Virus record (IMG/VR): IMGVR_UViG_3300007072_000001
Span: 1-64,000 of that record
Length of the DNA stretch: 64,000 nucleotides
Strand: one strand, 5' to 3'
From: a virus
Taxonomy: Duplodnaviria; Caudoviricetes
Of the stretch, positions 38,809-48,557 are shown piece after piece. The position numbers and the translations under genes were made by a program. Each line of letters starts with the position of its first letter. The first letter of the stretch is position 1. The notes beneath the pieces are model-generated. The model was not told the origin of the DNA. It did not search any database and saw only the letters and a program-made list of their open reading frames with translations.

Positions 38809-39072
38809 TTAAAAGGGATTGTGACCCTCTTCAAATTCGTCCAATGACACAATCTTCGCTGTACGCACTTTCATATATGAATCGCCAGTGTATTGCATAC
38901 GAAAAACTTCATCCATAGGAATATTAATAGCTTTACCTATGTTATTTTGAAGCTCTTTACGTATTTTTTTTGAAACTTTCATTTTGACAGTCTTCTGTTC
39001 ATTGAGATAATGAGCATCAACCCAATCACCATCAACTAACGTTGGTATAACTTTAAGCAGTTTGCTCTCCAT
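38809..39072 (-). CDS. Hypothetical protein
   Basis: GGAGG RBS. Confidence 0.6.
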   Translation of the reverse strand: MESKLLKVIPTLVDGDWVDAHYLNEQKTVKMKVSKKIRKELQNNIGKAINIPMDEVFRMQYTGDSYMKVRTAKIVSLDEFEEGHNPF

Positions 39073-39153
39073 TTAATCCTCCAAATAATAACACATCTAC
39101 CTATTAATTCTGATTGACTACACTAACTAAAAACAAGATACATTAAAAGATTT

Positions 39154-39672
39154 CTGAATATTAGGTTATCAATTTTATTAAAATCAATAAAACTTATTAT
39201 AAATTTTAATAAAATTGTTTATCAGTCAACATAGCTTATGCTACATTTACTCTGACTGGATGTAACCCCACACCCTCTATCCCCTTTGCAAACGCTTCAG
39301 GAAATACTTTTTTCATTATTTGATAAGAAGCATTTAAATCTGCATTAATCAATTTACCGTCATTTGCTTTAAATAATCCTCTGTAAATTCGCCTTGCTTT
39401 ATTATAATTTTCTTTTATAGGCAGTTCCCTATCCAAAAATGATGTTCCACTTGTATAACTTTCTTCTATTAGTATTACTTTTATTAATCCTTCTTTAACG
39501 TATTTTGTAAGAGTAGGTCTTGTTATTTGCAATAATTCTAATACTTCTTTAGATTTCATTATAATCATCTCCTTTTAAGATGATTATATCATATATTTAT
39601 TTAAATATCAATTATTTTTATTAAAATTTTTAATATTCTTTATCAATTTAATTAATTTTAATAACTATATCT
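39154..39672 (-). mobile_element. Internally deleted IS607-family element (tnpA N-terminus fused in frame to tnpB C-terminus)
   Basis: ORF 39236-39568: MKSKEVLELLQITRPTLTKYVKEG (MerR-like HTH of IS607 TnpA) joined to EESYTSGTSFLD..RGLF..INADLNAS (TnpB). AT-rich repeated ends; TTGATA-17-TATAAT promoter at 39583-39611. Confidence 0.85.
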
Positions 39673-39706
39673 GCTCAAATCCAAATGTCCAGTTGTAACA
39701 AAGTGC

Positions 39707-40261
39707 CTAATCTGAATCTTCGCCTCTTCTTTTTGATAACTTTGTCTTCATTACAGCAAGAATTTGAGGTTTATTCACCCAGAAAAAATATTCATCTATA
39801 TCTTTTTGCGATGGTACCCCTTTTGCTTCATAAACCCAAAGTTCAACAAAAGATTCTTTCAAGTTCTTATCAAAAACTTTGTATAATGGTCGTTCAATGA
39901 TATTTGCATCATTATCTATTATTCCAACTTCTTCCATTGCGTCAAAAAGTGTTTTGTATAAATTGTTGAGGTCTCTACCCTTTCTAAGATTTGTAAATAC
40001 CATTTCAACTATAACAACAGCATCTTTAAACTTCGGGCATTTATTGTTTATCGCATATGCCTTAAACTCTTGCATCAAGACTTTTTTTGTCTCAAGTGCT
40101 TTGTGATTCATATAGAATCTTGGTTTACCTTCATAATATGACACATTATAAGTGTGATTAACTGAACTTGGCATAGAAACTCTAAAATAGTACTTCTTTA
40201 TAGCTTCTTTATTTTCACTTTCTTCTTCTTCCAATGTTTTAATTTTATCTTTCACTTTCAA
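39707..40261 (-). CDS. RusA-like Holliday junction resolvase
   Basis: PSSVNH.Y, RDLNNLYKTLFDAM..GIIDND. Confidence 0.85.
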   Translation of the reverse strand: MKVKDKIKTLEEEESENKEAIKKYYFRVSMPSSVNHTYNVSYYEGKPRFYMNHKALETKKVLMQEFKAYAINNKCPKFKDAVVIVEMVFTNLRKGRDLNNLYKTLFDAMEEVGIIDNDANIIERPLYKVFDKNLKESFVELWVYEAKGVPSQKDIDEYFFWVNKPQILAVMKTKLSKRRGEDSD

Positions 40262-40275
40262 ACTCCTTATTTCAT

Positions 40276-41328
40276 TTATACTATGTTTGATTTGCCTTCC
40301 CTTAGTTTCTTTAATAAGTCACTCTTTTGAGTATTAATTTCTGGCCATGCAAGCTTCAATACGTTTATGTTCAAATTTTTTTTCTTTATCTTATCAAGAA
40401 TTCTTGCAATATCTTCATCAGTTAAATCTTTGTTGAGTTTCTCGTCAAGTTCTTCATCTAAAGAAGCTATAATAAATTTGTTTGGATTTACCTTTATCAA
40501 ATCGCTTAATTTAACAATATACTGCTCTTTATTATAGACACTGATAACAAAAAACTCTCCTAACACTCCATCTTTCAAAAATACAACTACTCTTCTCATA
40601 GAATCTGATGGATGCCCAAAATATGTGATCTGTGGCTCCATTTGTTTTTGCTCCCAATAAGACATAAACTCAGAAACTTTTTTCATTTTATTCTTTATAA
40701 GCCATATAACAGATGGTTGCTTTTTTACGATCTCGTCAATTATTGGTTGTGTTAATTGACCTTTACTCAATGACATCAATTGACCACCAGTTGCAAAATA
40801 AACATATTCATATTGACCTTGAGAAATAAAAGTAGATAACTTCATTTTCCCGGCCATTACTGTCGAATCTGTATTCTCCATAACTTCTATTTTTGAAACC
40901 TCAGAATCATATGTTTTAGACACATCAATATCCATTGATATAGCATCAATTGGAAATTCATTCATTTTGTATCGTTCAACCATCATCAAAATATTTTCTT
41001 TATTCTTCTCTGACCATGGTTTATTATGTTCTACTTTCTCCGCCCTATCGTCGACAAATAATACATAATAAGGTTTTTTCTCGCAAGATAATTCACTGTA
41101 TGGGACGCCAATCTCTTCGAGATATGCCGCAGTTTTTTCCTCCATACTTTTATCTTGGTAAATCCTTGCAGTATAAATAGCTACTGGAACTCCAGCTTTG
41201 TGAAGTGCTCTTATGAATGCTACATTTTCAGGTATTGGTTTACCAAGTTCTGACCACTCAGTCTCTTCGAGGACCGTACCGTCAAGGTCAAACGCTATGT
41301 GCCTTTTGAATTGCTCGATATTATTCAT
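40276..41328 (-). CDS. HAD-family phosphatase domain fused to unknown modules (late operon)
   Basis: IAFDLDGTV, IYTAR, KKP, VDDRA; start set at MNNIEQ after the upstream stop. Confidence 0.75.
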   Translation of the reverse strand: MNNIEQFKRHIAFDLDGTVLEETEWSELGKPIPENVAFIRALHKAGVPVAIYTARIYQDKSMEEKTAAYLEEIGVPYSELSCEKKPYYVLFVDDRAEKVEHNKPWSEKNKENILMMVERYKMNEFPIDAISMDIDVSKTYDSEVSKIEVMENTDSTVMAGKMKLSTFISQGQYEYVYFATGGQLMSLSKGQLTQPIIDEIVKKQPSVIWLIKNKMKKVSEFMSYWEQKQMEPQITYFGHPSDSMRRVVVFLKDGVLGEFFVISVYNKEQYIVKLSDLIKVNPNKFIIASLDEELDEKLNKDLTDEDIARILDKIKKKNLNINVLKLAWPEINTQKSDLLKKLREGKSNIV

Positions 41329-41338
41329 AAAACCCTTA

Positions 41339-41713
41339 TTATTGGTCAACCAAGACCCATTCAGCAGTGCCATCTTTTTTTCTTTCTTTAATCCATACCT
41401 TTCCAGGTGGTGGATTTGTTGATGGTTTTGGTGGATCAACTGCTGATATAAGTTTATTTATTTGTTCTTCCGTATAATTAAGTTTAAAGCTTTGTACAAG
41501 CTCTTCAAAATCACCACTTGTTATTTCCATGTCTTTAAGAGCACCAACAAGATTTGCCAATGCCAAATCATTAAAATCTTTAAATAATTCCGATGCATAA
41601 AATTTTTCAACATTATTTGTAATATCAAACTCCTCATCTTTAATGGAAGCTGCGAATTTATCTATATATTGGTCAAACAAACTTTCTATTTTCTGCTGTA
41701 ATTTTGTTTTCAT
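41339..41713 (-). CDS. Hypothetical late protein
   Basis: RBS; downstream of a late-promoter motif. Confidence 0.6.
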   Translation of the reverse strand: MKTKLQQKIESLFDQYIDKFAASIKDEEFDITNNVEKFYASELFKDFNDLALANLVGALKDMEITSGDFEELVQSFKLNYTEEQINKLISAVDPPKPSTNPPPGKVWIKERKKDGTAEWVLVDQ

Positions 41714-41882
41714 ATTTCTGCACCTCTCTCTCGAGTTTTTCTATTGCCATATTTGACTTGATAAAAACATCTATCAAGTAATATCTCTCTTTATCTGTCA
41801 AAGGAGCCATAGCATCTAAAATTCTTGTTGCTTGCTTTATGTTGTCCTTTGTATCTTGTATTTCTTTCTTGAAAGCTCTCAT
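41673..41882 (-). CDS. Hypothetical late protein
   Basis: First ORF after late-promoter motif. Confidence 0.55.
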   Translation of the reverse strand: MRAFKKEIQDTKDNIKQATRILDAMAPLTDKERYYLIDVFIKSNMAIEKLEREVQKYENKITAENRKFV

Positions 41883-41894
41883 ATGTACCTCTTA

Positions 41895-41914
41895 TAAATA
41901 CGTAAAATTAACTA
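41895..41914 (-). promoter_or_regulatory. Putative phage late promoter TAGTTA-N8-TATTTA
   Basis: Exact motif immediately downstream of a terminator hairpin. Confidence 0.7.
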
Positions 41915-41923
41915 TAATTATAA

Positions 41924-41952
41924 GTGGGAGCTGATTTATCATCAGCTCCCAC
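41924..41952 (-). terminator. Intrinsic terminator-like hairpin
   Basis: gtgggagctgat-ttatc-atcagctcccac, perfect 12-bp stem. Confidence 0.8.
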
Positions 41953-41981
41953 CATATACTATATGCGCATATTAACTCTGC

Positions 41982-42278
41982 TTACCGCAGTTCCGGTGGT
42001 AGAGCTGCAACATTAACCTTAGCTTCAAGACTTTGTATACCAAGAGAACTTTTACACGTAGGACATTTCAAAAGTGTCCTAATTTTCTCCGGGTCTGTGT
42101 TCGTAGTTGGCTCTTTAAGCGCCTCATTCCACGACCACCATACCTGTCCTTCAGCTTCAGTTGAACAGTTCTTGCAACGGAAAAGCTTTTTGTCTTTCAT
42201 TGACCCAACTGTTGGAAGATTTGCATTCTTGTCTTCTGAAACAACTGGCTGCTTTTCATTGTCGAGTTCTTCAACCAT
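41982..42278 (-). CDS. Zinc-ribbon protein
   Basis: FRCKNC..LKCPTC. Confidence 0.7.
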   Translation of the reverse strand: MVEELDNEKQPVVSEDKNANLPTVGSMKDKKLFRCKNCSTEAEGQVWWSWNEALKEPTTNTDPEKIRTLLKCPTCKSSLGIQSLEAKVNVAALPPELR

Positions 42279-42337
42279 TTTGGTCGCCTCCTTTCCTAAC
42301 TTATTTTAAACCTAACCTAACTTCGCCATTCCAATCC

Positions 42338-42877
42338 TTACAATTCCAAACGAGATACATCAAATCCCATTCTTTGCATCTCGTTCTTTACTATTCTTCC
42401 GAGTTCGTCCTCTCCTATACCCGGCAAAGCATTTCGGAATTTGTTTTTCATTTGATTAAATGTTAATTCAATTTTTTCTATATTTTCCACTTCATCAAGT
42501 TTTGGAACAGAATATCTGTCTGAGTCTTGTCCTTGCGGAGTAATTGCAAATCTATTCGCTCTCCCTAAATCACTTGGTGTTTTAGCTGAATTATCCCAAG
42601 CCGGTCGTGGATCATGAGCTAAATCCATATAATTTTTAGAAACGAGTTTAAACTTATTTTTCAACTTTACCCACACACCACCAATCTTTTCATTGTTAAG
42701 TTTTTTTGTGATAAGTTCAGCAATTACTTTTTTAAGGTCATGCTTTTTAACAAATGGATATTTGTTATAAACAATTGATGCCGTTACTTCCACATCATAT
42801 TTATTCTCATGTAAAACCTTTAAAATGAAGTTTTCCATAGGATACTCTCTGTCTACCTTTCCGAATAGTCTAAACAT
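42338..42877 (-). CDS. Hypothetical late protein
   Basis: First ORF after late-promoter motif. Confidence 0.6.
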   Translation of the reverse strand: MFRLFGKVDREYPMENFILKVLHENKYDVEVTASIVYNKYPFVKKHDLKKVIAELITKKLNNEKIGGVWVKLKNKFKLVSKNYMDLAHDPRPAWDNSAKTPSDLGRANRFAITPQGQDSDRYSVPKLDEVENIEKIELTFNQMKNKFRNALPGIGEDELGRIVKNEMQRMGFDVSRLEL

Positions 42878-42889
42878 CAGTTCTCCTTA

Positions 42890-42909
42890 TAAATATATAA
42901 AATTAACTA
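42890..42909 (-). promoter_or_regulatory. Putative phage late promoter TAGTTA-N8-TATTTA
   Basis: Exact motif. Confidence 0.7.
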
Positions 42910-43079
42910 CAATATAATATCTGCACTCCTTATAATTGTTGTACTCTCTATCATGAAATTTGGATATTTATTTTCAACCTTAAGTTCTGCTTCTTCTTTT
43001 GATTCTGCTATAACCACAACTTTAAACTCATTTTGATACTCCGGATATTTATTTTCTAATTCAATTAAGTATGTTTGCT

Positions 43080-43523
43080 TCATTTTGCCTCCCTTCTTGC
43101 AAAATTTTTATAATAATTATAATCCCCACCTCTATATATAGATGCTTCTCTTAAAAGCTCATCTCCCTTTTTAGTCAAAATGTGCTTCCTATTCGAAAGA
43201 CGAATCTTAAAATAATCATCACCATAGCTTGTCAAAATACCATTCATAAAAAATCTCCGCGTTATCTTAATGAACTTTTTATGTGTCATTTTTCTGTAAA
43301 CCATTTTTATAAGATGAAATTGTGCAAATAACGTATGTGGCTTCATATCTCCATAATAACTAAGAACTATAAATTCGTCATCCTTTAAATTTACTGAAGT
43401 CTTCAAGGCCATAGTTTTTAAATACCTCCTTAATCTCTTTCTTAAATGCTTCATATCTTTCTTTACTATCTTTATATTTTGTGAATATATCTTTTTCCAT
43501 AAACTTTTGAATTGTTTTTCCAA
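43080..43523 (-). CDS. Possible winged-helix protein (start uncertain, likely MALKTSV)
   Basis: ILTKKGDELL wing motif. Confidence 0.45.
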   Translation of the reverse strand: MEKQFKSLWKKIYSQNIKIVKKDMKHLRKRLRRYLKTMALKTSVNLKDDEFIVLSYYGDMKPHTLFAQFHLIKMVYRKMTHKKFIKITRRFFMNGILTSYGDDYFKIRLSNRKHILTKKGDELLREASIYRGGDYNYYKNFARREAK

Positions 43524-44064
43524 TCAAAAATAAAACAAGATTCAATCTTTCGCTTATTATTTTTTCGAGCTTTGAGCTCTCTTCAAGTTCTAATTGCAAC
43601 TTCACTTCTTTCTCAACAATATCAGTAAGAACTTTCGTATAGTTTATAAGTAAAGATTCCATATATGGGTCAATAAAGTCTTTACCATCTATCTTTTGTG
43701 CTTGCTCGACAATATGCATTCTTCTCACAAGCTTTTCCTTCAACATATGCATCAATCGAGCTCTATCTCTCACATTTACAAAAGCATCTTTGTCTAACGA
43801 TTGGTCGCTAGTAATACCTTTTTCAATAGCGGATTTTGCTGGAAGTGGAATAATTTCTATAGAATCTAACGTTGGAGCATTAATATATTTCCTTCGTTCT
43901 GATATATATTCATTGAGTTCTTTAAGTGTAAATTTTATGTCACCTTGATACCTCTTTTTAATCATCCCCATAACATCTCTTGCATTAATATTTTCATTTT
44001 TCAACCACAAATCAACATCTTCTAAAAGTGTTTGTGGAAGCATGTATATCTCTTTAAGTGCCAT
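43378..44064 (-). CDS. Possible terminase small subunit (Mu gp27/DUF3486-like)
   Basis: LPQTLLEDVDLWL..HTH-like N-terminus and helical oligomerisation C-terminus. Confidence 0.4.
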   Translation of the reverse strand: MALKEIYMLPQTLLEDVDLWLKNENINARDVMGMIKKRYQGDIKFTLKELNEYISERRKYINAPTLDSIEIIPLPAKSAIEKGITSDQSLDKDAFVNVRDRARLMHMLKEKLVRRMHIVEQAQKIDGKDFIDPYMESLLINYTKVLTDIVEKEVKLQLELEESSKLEKIISERLNLVLFLIGKTIQKFMEKDIFTKYKDSKERYEAFKKEIKEVFKNYGLEDFSKFKG

Positions 44065-44851
44065 ATTTAATCTTCCTCTCTAAAAGTCGCTTTATCTTTT
44101 TAACTATTCTCTTTCTTTCAAGTAAAATATATGTTGGGCTTGTCTTCATCAAAATGCTTATTGCTTTTGCCGATACCTTTAATAAAGTCAAACCCAATAT
44201 AGCAGCTTGATTCTCCGTCATATCATTAAAAACCTTATCAATCTGAAATGTTTCTTTATATTCGAGCATCTCATACTCACACAAATCCATAGGTTGAACA
44301 TCAAATGAATTATTTGTTATTGCTTCTTGCTGCATTTCTTTAAGAACTTCATCCTCATTAAATACCACATCAAAAGGATCCTCTTCACCTTCCAAAATAT
44401 CTTTGCCACTATTGTAATTTATAGATTCCAAATCTCGATCTTCTCCTTCAACATAAATTTGATTAAAATTAAACTCAAAAAAATCTTTCTTTTTCTCCAC
44501 AAAAATTTTGTCGAATATCCAATCGTATTTTTTGATTCTCTTAAACTCAAAACGTCTCCGATTAGGCAGTATTAAAACAAATTTTACTCGTCCTCTACGT
44601 AGTTCGCAATCATTTCCTACAATACTATTCTTGCGAACGGTTTCTTGAATCACCTCATCATTTGTGAATCTGCTTATCTCAGTCTGTCCTATAAAATTAA
44701 TATAATATTTCGAGCCATGAAAGTCTTCAACTGGAACTTCAGTAATAACATATTCGTCATAAATTCTATATCGAATCTTTTTTCGATTAAGAATGGCGAC
44801 ACATTTCCTTAGGGTATACTTGTTATTACACGAATAACAATATCCCTTCAT
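44054..44851 (-). CDS. Protein with C-terminal sigma-70 region-4-like HTH
   Basis: MTENQAAILGL..SAKAISILMKTSPTYILLERKRIVKKI. Confidence 0.55.
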   Translation of the reverse strand: MKGYCYSCNNKYTLRKCVAILNRKKIRYRIYDEYVITEVPVEDFHGSKYYINFIGQTEISRFTNDEVIQETVRKNSIVGNDCELRRGRVKFVLILPNRRRFEFKRIKKYDWIFDKIFVEKKKDFFEFNFNQIYVEGEDRDLESINYNSGKDILEGEEDPFDVVFNEDEVLKEMQQEAITNNSFDVQPMDLCEYEMLEYKETFQIDKVFNDMTENQAAILGLTLLKVSAKAISILMKTSPTYILLERKRIVKKIKRLLERKIKYGT

Positions 44852-44855
44852 GTCA

Positions 44856-45134
44856 TCAACTTCCAGAATCGTCGTCCATGGTGAATTCGTTTCCTATCCC
44901 CAATGGCTTCGTTTTCCCAAATGTCCGCATTGTCATATCAATTATCTTCCTCTTATATTGTAAAAATAATCTCTTATCAAGACCTTTGAATTTCATATAC
45001 GGGAAAATATTAAATCTCAGTATTTGCTCAAAATACGCATCATAAGACATCATATGTCTGAAATGTTTTTGCCAAATAGGCTTGGCAATTTTGTGAATCT
45101 TGTCTATATTAATAGTTTGCAAGTTTCCCACCAA
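44856..45134 (-). CDS. Hypothetical protein
   Basis: Downstream of a sigma70 promoter. Confidence 0.5.
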   Translation of the reverse strand: MVGNLQTINIDKIHKIAKPIWQKHFRHMMSYDAYFEQILRFNIFPYMKFKGLDKRLFLQYKRKIIDMTMRTFGKTKPLGIGNEFTMDDDSGS

Positions 45135-45148
45135 CCTTTTCGTACATA

Positions 45149-45177
45149 ATTATAACACATAAAAAAATTTTTGTAAA
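45149..45177 (-). promoter_or_regulatory. Host sigma70-type promoter
   Basis: TTTACA-N17-TATAAT with extended -10 TG. Confidence 0.75.
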
Positions 45178-45183
45178 TTTATT

Positions 45184-45870
45184 TTAAAGCAACTCAGGAA
45201 TATTTCCTATATTCAACTTTTTTTGATGTGGAACTCGTTTTAACAGTTTTTCGTGCTCCGTTCCTTTTACATCTTTTCTAAACTGTCCAATGAGAATTTT
45301 GCAGTTCTTAGGAGTTAGCAACTTCTCTTTTATTGCTACATCAATTGGAAAAGAGTCTGTATATGTCTGTTCTGTAAAAAGATTCAAATTCAATTTCTGC
45401 AAATGTAAAGAATTCCCGCTGGCTTCTATTTTTTTATCCAACATCTTTCTTATACCAGCTTCTGCCGCTTCCATTGCAGCCTTTTTTGCACCAACAAGTA
45501 AATATAAATTATAAAGTTGTTCATCGTTCTCCACACTCATAACAAAATCAGTGTTTAATGCAGTTTGATATACTTTACATTCTTTTCTTTTAAGACAATC
45601 ATAACATTGAGATGATACAGCTCTCTCTTTGTAAATATCAATTGAATTTGTGAATTTTATTTCCTTAGTATAACCAAGCTCAATGTATTCTATTTCAAGA
45701 ATAACCTCATCATACTCCTTTAACATTTTATTTACGAGTTCTTGTTGCCAAACATAAATCTTGTAAAAACTTTGCCCAGTTTCTTGATATTTAATTCTAT
45801 TACCATCTATCTCTACATCTAAAAAACTAACATTACTTTCATAATCTGCACAATATTTTTTCTCTATCAT
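45184..45870 (-). CDS. Degenerate PD-(D/E)XK / Cas4-like protein
   Basis: CYDCLKRKEC cluster followed by coiled coil; catalytic motifs unclear. Confidence 0.4.
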   Translation of the reverse strand: MIEKKYCADYESNVSFLDVEIDGNRIKYQETGQSFYKIYVWQQELVNKMLKEYDEVILEIEYIELGYTKEIKFTNSIDIYKERAVSSQCYDCLKRKECKVYQTALNTDFVMSVENDEQLYNLYLLVGAKKAAMEAAEAGIRKMLDKKIEASGNSLHLQKLNLNLFTEQTYTDSFPIDVAIKEKLLTPKNCKILIGQFRKDVKGTEHEKLLKRVPHQKKLNIGNIPELL

Positions 45871-46172
45871 TTATCTGCTCCTATTATTGCAAGAATGTCG
45901 TCCTCTTGAAGAACGAGCACCATGCTGTCATCTTTCTCGTTGAGTTTCACTTCGACACCACCATAACGGGAATAAATTACTCTATCACCAACTTTTACCA
46001 TCAATGGCTTTACTTCTCCATTAAAAAGAATTCTGCCCGGTCCAACAGCAATAACCTTACCAGTTTGTGGAGCCTCCCTTGCTCCTTCGGGAATAATAAT
46101 ACCTCCCTTTTTAATTTCTTCTCTTTTATCCGGCTCTATTATTACTCTATCGTTTACTGGAACTATCACCAT
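45867..46172 (-). CDS. groES: Co-chaperonin GroES
   Basis: PVNDRV, GGIIIP, GKVIAVGPG, VKVGDRVIYSRYGG, DILA. Confidence 0.97.
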   Translation of the reverse strand: MVIVPVNDRVIIEPDKREEIKKGGIIIPEGAREAPQTGKVIAVGPGRILFNGEVKPLMVKVGDRVIYSRYGGVEVKLNEKDDSMVLVLQEDDILAIIGADK

Positions 46173-47998
46173 TACTGCACCTCCAAAGTAGATACTCCAT
46201 TATTTTGTTTGACTATAATAAAGTTCTTAAAATACTTTTTAACATCTTCACTGTGTGATATTATGAGAATCATTTTATCTCGCTCTTCCAAAATCTTGAG
46301 CATACCATTTATCTTAGGCATGTTCCTTTTATCTATAGCATCAAATGTCTCATCGAATATCATTATGTTAACTGATTCGCCATTGACAGTTTCGAACAGG
46401 TCGTTAAGTGCTATTTGAAAAATCATTTCAATAATTCTCTTCTCTCCAGTTGAAAGCTCTTCATAATTAAACACAGTATCCCTACGATGAATATCTATAT
46501 TCATCATGTTGCGCTTTTCAGCAAAGTCAAGTCTTATTTTAACTATCATATCATCAAATACTTTATCTATCATATCATTAATACGTTCTTCGAGAAAATC
46601 TGTTATCTGTTGTATAACAAATTGCTTTAATCCATCTTTGCTAAAAATCTTCTTTATATCTTCCAAATCTGCCAATTGTTTATCTACTTCCAATTTCCTC
46701 TTTTGTAGTTCTTTAAGCTCATCTTCACGTTCTGCGAAATTATCAACCTTTGCTTTAAGCTCTACATATTTGAGCTTCAGTGAGTTTATCTCTTGAAGAG
46801 TAATATCAGCATCTTTATATTCGAAATATTTCTCATATTTTTCTTTGAGGTCAGTCAAATGTTTCTCTATCTTCTCAAGCTCAGCTTTCTTTGCATCAAA
46901 TGAAGCTTTAACCTCTTTAAACTCCATTTTTAACTCATCATCAGCCTTCTTTTGTTCTTTAGCTTCCATATATTTTAACTTAGTACTATCATAAAGGTCT
47001 TTTGCATTCTGTATTTGTTGCTTGCAACCACTAATATCATTTTTGTATGCCTGAATAATCTTATCCTTATCTTTCAAACTTTGTCTGCACGTTGGACACT
47101 TTCCGGCATCTTTTATCATAGCAATTTTCTCTTCAAACTCTTTCATTCTTGATTGTTCCTTATCAATATGATTCTTATATTCATTCATCTCATTTAAAAG
47201 TTTTTCCATACTTTCATCTGATGTTTTTATATTAGCAACAAGATTCTTAAGTTTCTTTCCTTTTTCTTTCAACCTCTCAATTGCCTGTTCAACTTCTTCT
47301 TTATCGGCTAATGGTTGTTTTTTGAGCCTTACATATTCTTGATATTTGGTAATCCCCTTCTCGTATTTTTCATATTTATCCCACTTTCTAGAAACCTTTT
47401 TGAATTCTTCGTCAATATCTGCCTTCTGTTTAAGACTATTCTTGAAGTTCTCTATCATTCCATCAAGATTGAGCATCTTCAATTTATCATAATCAGCCTT
47501 GACCATTTCATATATTGTGTCAATGTTATTGTTGTTTGTAAATGTAATGAGAAGGTCTTTTTTCTCTGTGTCGTTCAATACAAAGAAATTATTTTTTGGA
47601 GTGAAGATAGTAATCATTCTGAAGAGGTCATAGTCAATTGTATCTGATATATAGTTTTGAAGTTCCTTCTTAAGACCAATCTGCTCTTTGTCACCTTCAA
47701 AATATCTTACAACATTTGTACCATCTTCTTTTTCACGTTGTATAGTCTTACCATCGAAATCAATTCTTACCTTCATGTTGCCACAATGGTCTCTTGAAAT
47801 ATCAGTAATGCCTTTCCTTAATGTCTTACCATAAAGTCCATAAAGCAATATGTCAATCAAAGCAGATTTTCCTGCTCCGTTGCTTCCTTCGTAATCTCCA
47901 TCTATTTTACCAAGCACCAAATATACCTTGTTCTCGATTGGCAACACAAGTTTATCATACACAAAAACATTCTTAGCTTTAAGTGATGTAATTTTCAT
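46172..47998 (-). CDS. SbcC/Rad50-like ATPase
   Basis: SNGAGKS, zinc hook CPTC, LSTGE signature, IFDE, IISH. Confidence 0.93.
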   Translation of the reverse strand: MKITSLKAKNVFVYDKLVLPIENKVYLVLGKIDGDYEGSNGAGKSALIDILLYGLYGKTLRKGITDISRDHCGNMKVRIDFDGKTIQREKEDGTNVVRYFEGDKEQIGLKKELQNYISDTIDYDLFRMITIFTPKNNFFVLNDTEKKDLLITFTNNNNIDTIYEMVKADYDKLKMLNLDGMIENFKNSLKQKADIDEEFKKVSRKWDKYEKYEKGITKYQEYVRLKKQPLADKEEVEQAIERLKEKGKKLKNLVANIKTSDESMEKLLNEMNEYKNHIDKEQSRMKEFEEKIAMIKDAGKCPTCRQSLKDKDKIIQAYKNDISGCKQQIQNAKDLYDSTKLKYMEAKEQKKADDELKMEFKEVKASFDAKKAELEKIEKHLTDLKEKYEKYFEYKDADITLQEINSLKLKYVELKAKVDNFAEREDELKELQKRKLEVDKQLADLEDIKKIFSKDGLKQFVIQQITDFLEERINDMIDKVFDDMIVKIRLDFAEKRNMMNIDIHRRDTVFNYEELSTGEKRIIEMIFQIALNDLFETVNGESVNIMIFDETFDAIDKRNMPKINGMLKILEERDKMILIISHSEDVKKYFKNFIIVKQNNGVSTLEVQ

Positions 47999-48556
47999 TC
48001 AACGAATCTCCTTATGAATCTTATCAATAAGCTCTTTCATTTTCTTCATAAGCCTCTTTGCATCTTTTGTAATCGTCTTATCCCATGGAAAAATAGAGTC
48101 AACTTTAACAAACTTTTTTGCATTATACATTTTTTTTTCTTCTTCAGTCTTCGGAGCGTAAAACAAATCTTTTAAACACAAATACGTATAATCATCATAG
48201 TCTAAATAAAACTCTGTATATTTTAATTTTTCATACGTTGTTCCTTTCTGCATTCCAAGTTGTTCTGCCATCCAATCAAGTTTATTCCAATAATATTTCA
48301 AATCCATATCAAACATCGCATACAATATTAAGCGATAAGTCCCAGTATTATATCTGAATTCTATTCTAAATCCTTGCCCCACTTTATCTCTCATTGGTCC
48401 GGTAATGAAATACCATTTACGTATATCTTTAACTTTCTTTAATAATGAACGCATTGAAGATATATTAAATACACCACGTTCTTGATATATATCAAATTCC
48501 GTCTTGTTCTTTTCAAACTCTTGTATATAATTTATCGGATTATTGTTTATCTTCAT
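47999..48556 (-). CDS. Hypothetical protein
   Basis: Between sbcD-like and sbcC-like genes. Confidence 0.65.
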   Translation of the reverse strand: MKINNNPINYIQEFEKNKTEFDIYQERGVFNISSMRSLLKKVKDIRKWYFITGPMRDKVGQGFRIEFRYNTGTYRLILYAMFDMDLKYYWNKLDWMAEQLGMQKGTTYEKLKYTEFYLDYDDYTYLCLKDLFYAPKTEEEKKMYNAKKFVKVDSIFPWDKTITKDAKRLMKKMKELIDKIHKEIR

Positions 48557-48557
48557 T

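Noticed and set aside
45184-45870. Cas4 as part of a CRISPR system
   Set aside because: Only a Cys cluster is visible; no array or other cas genes
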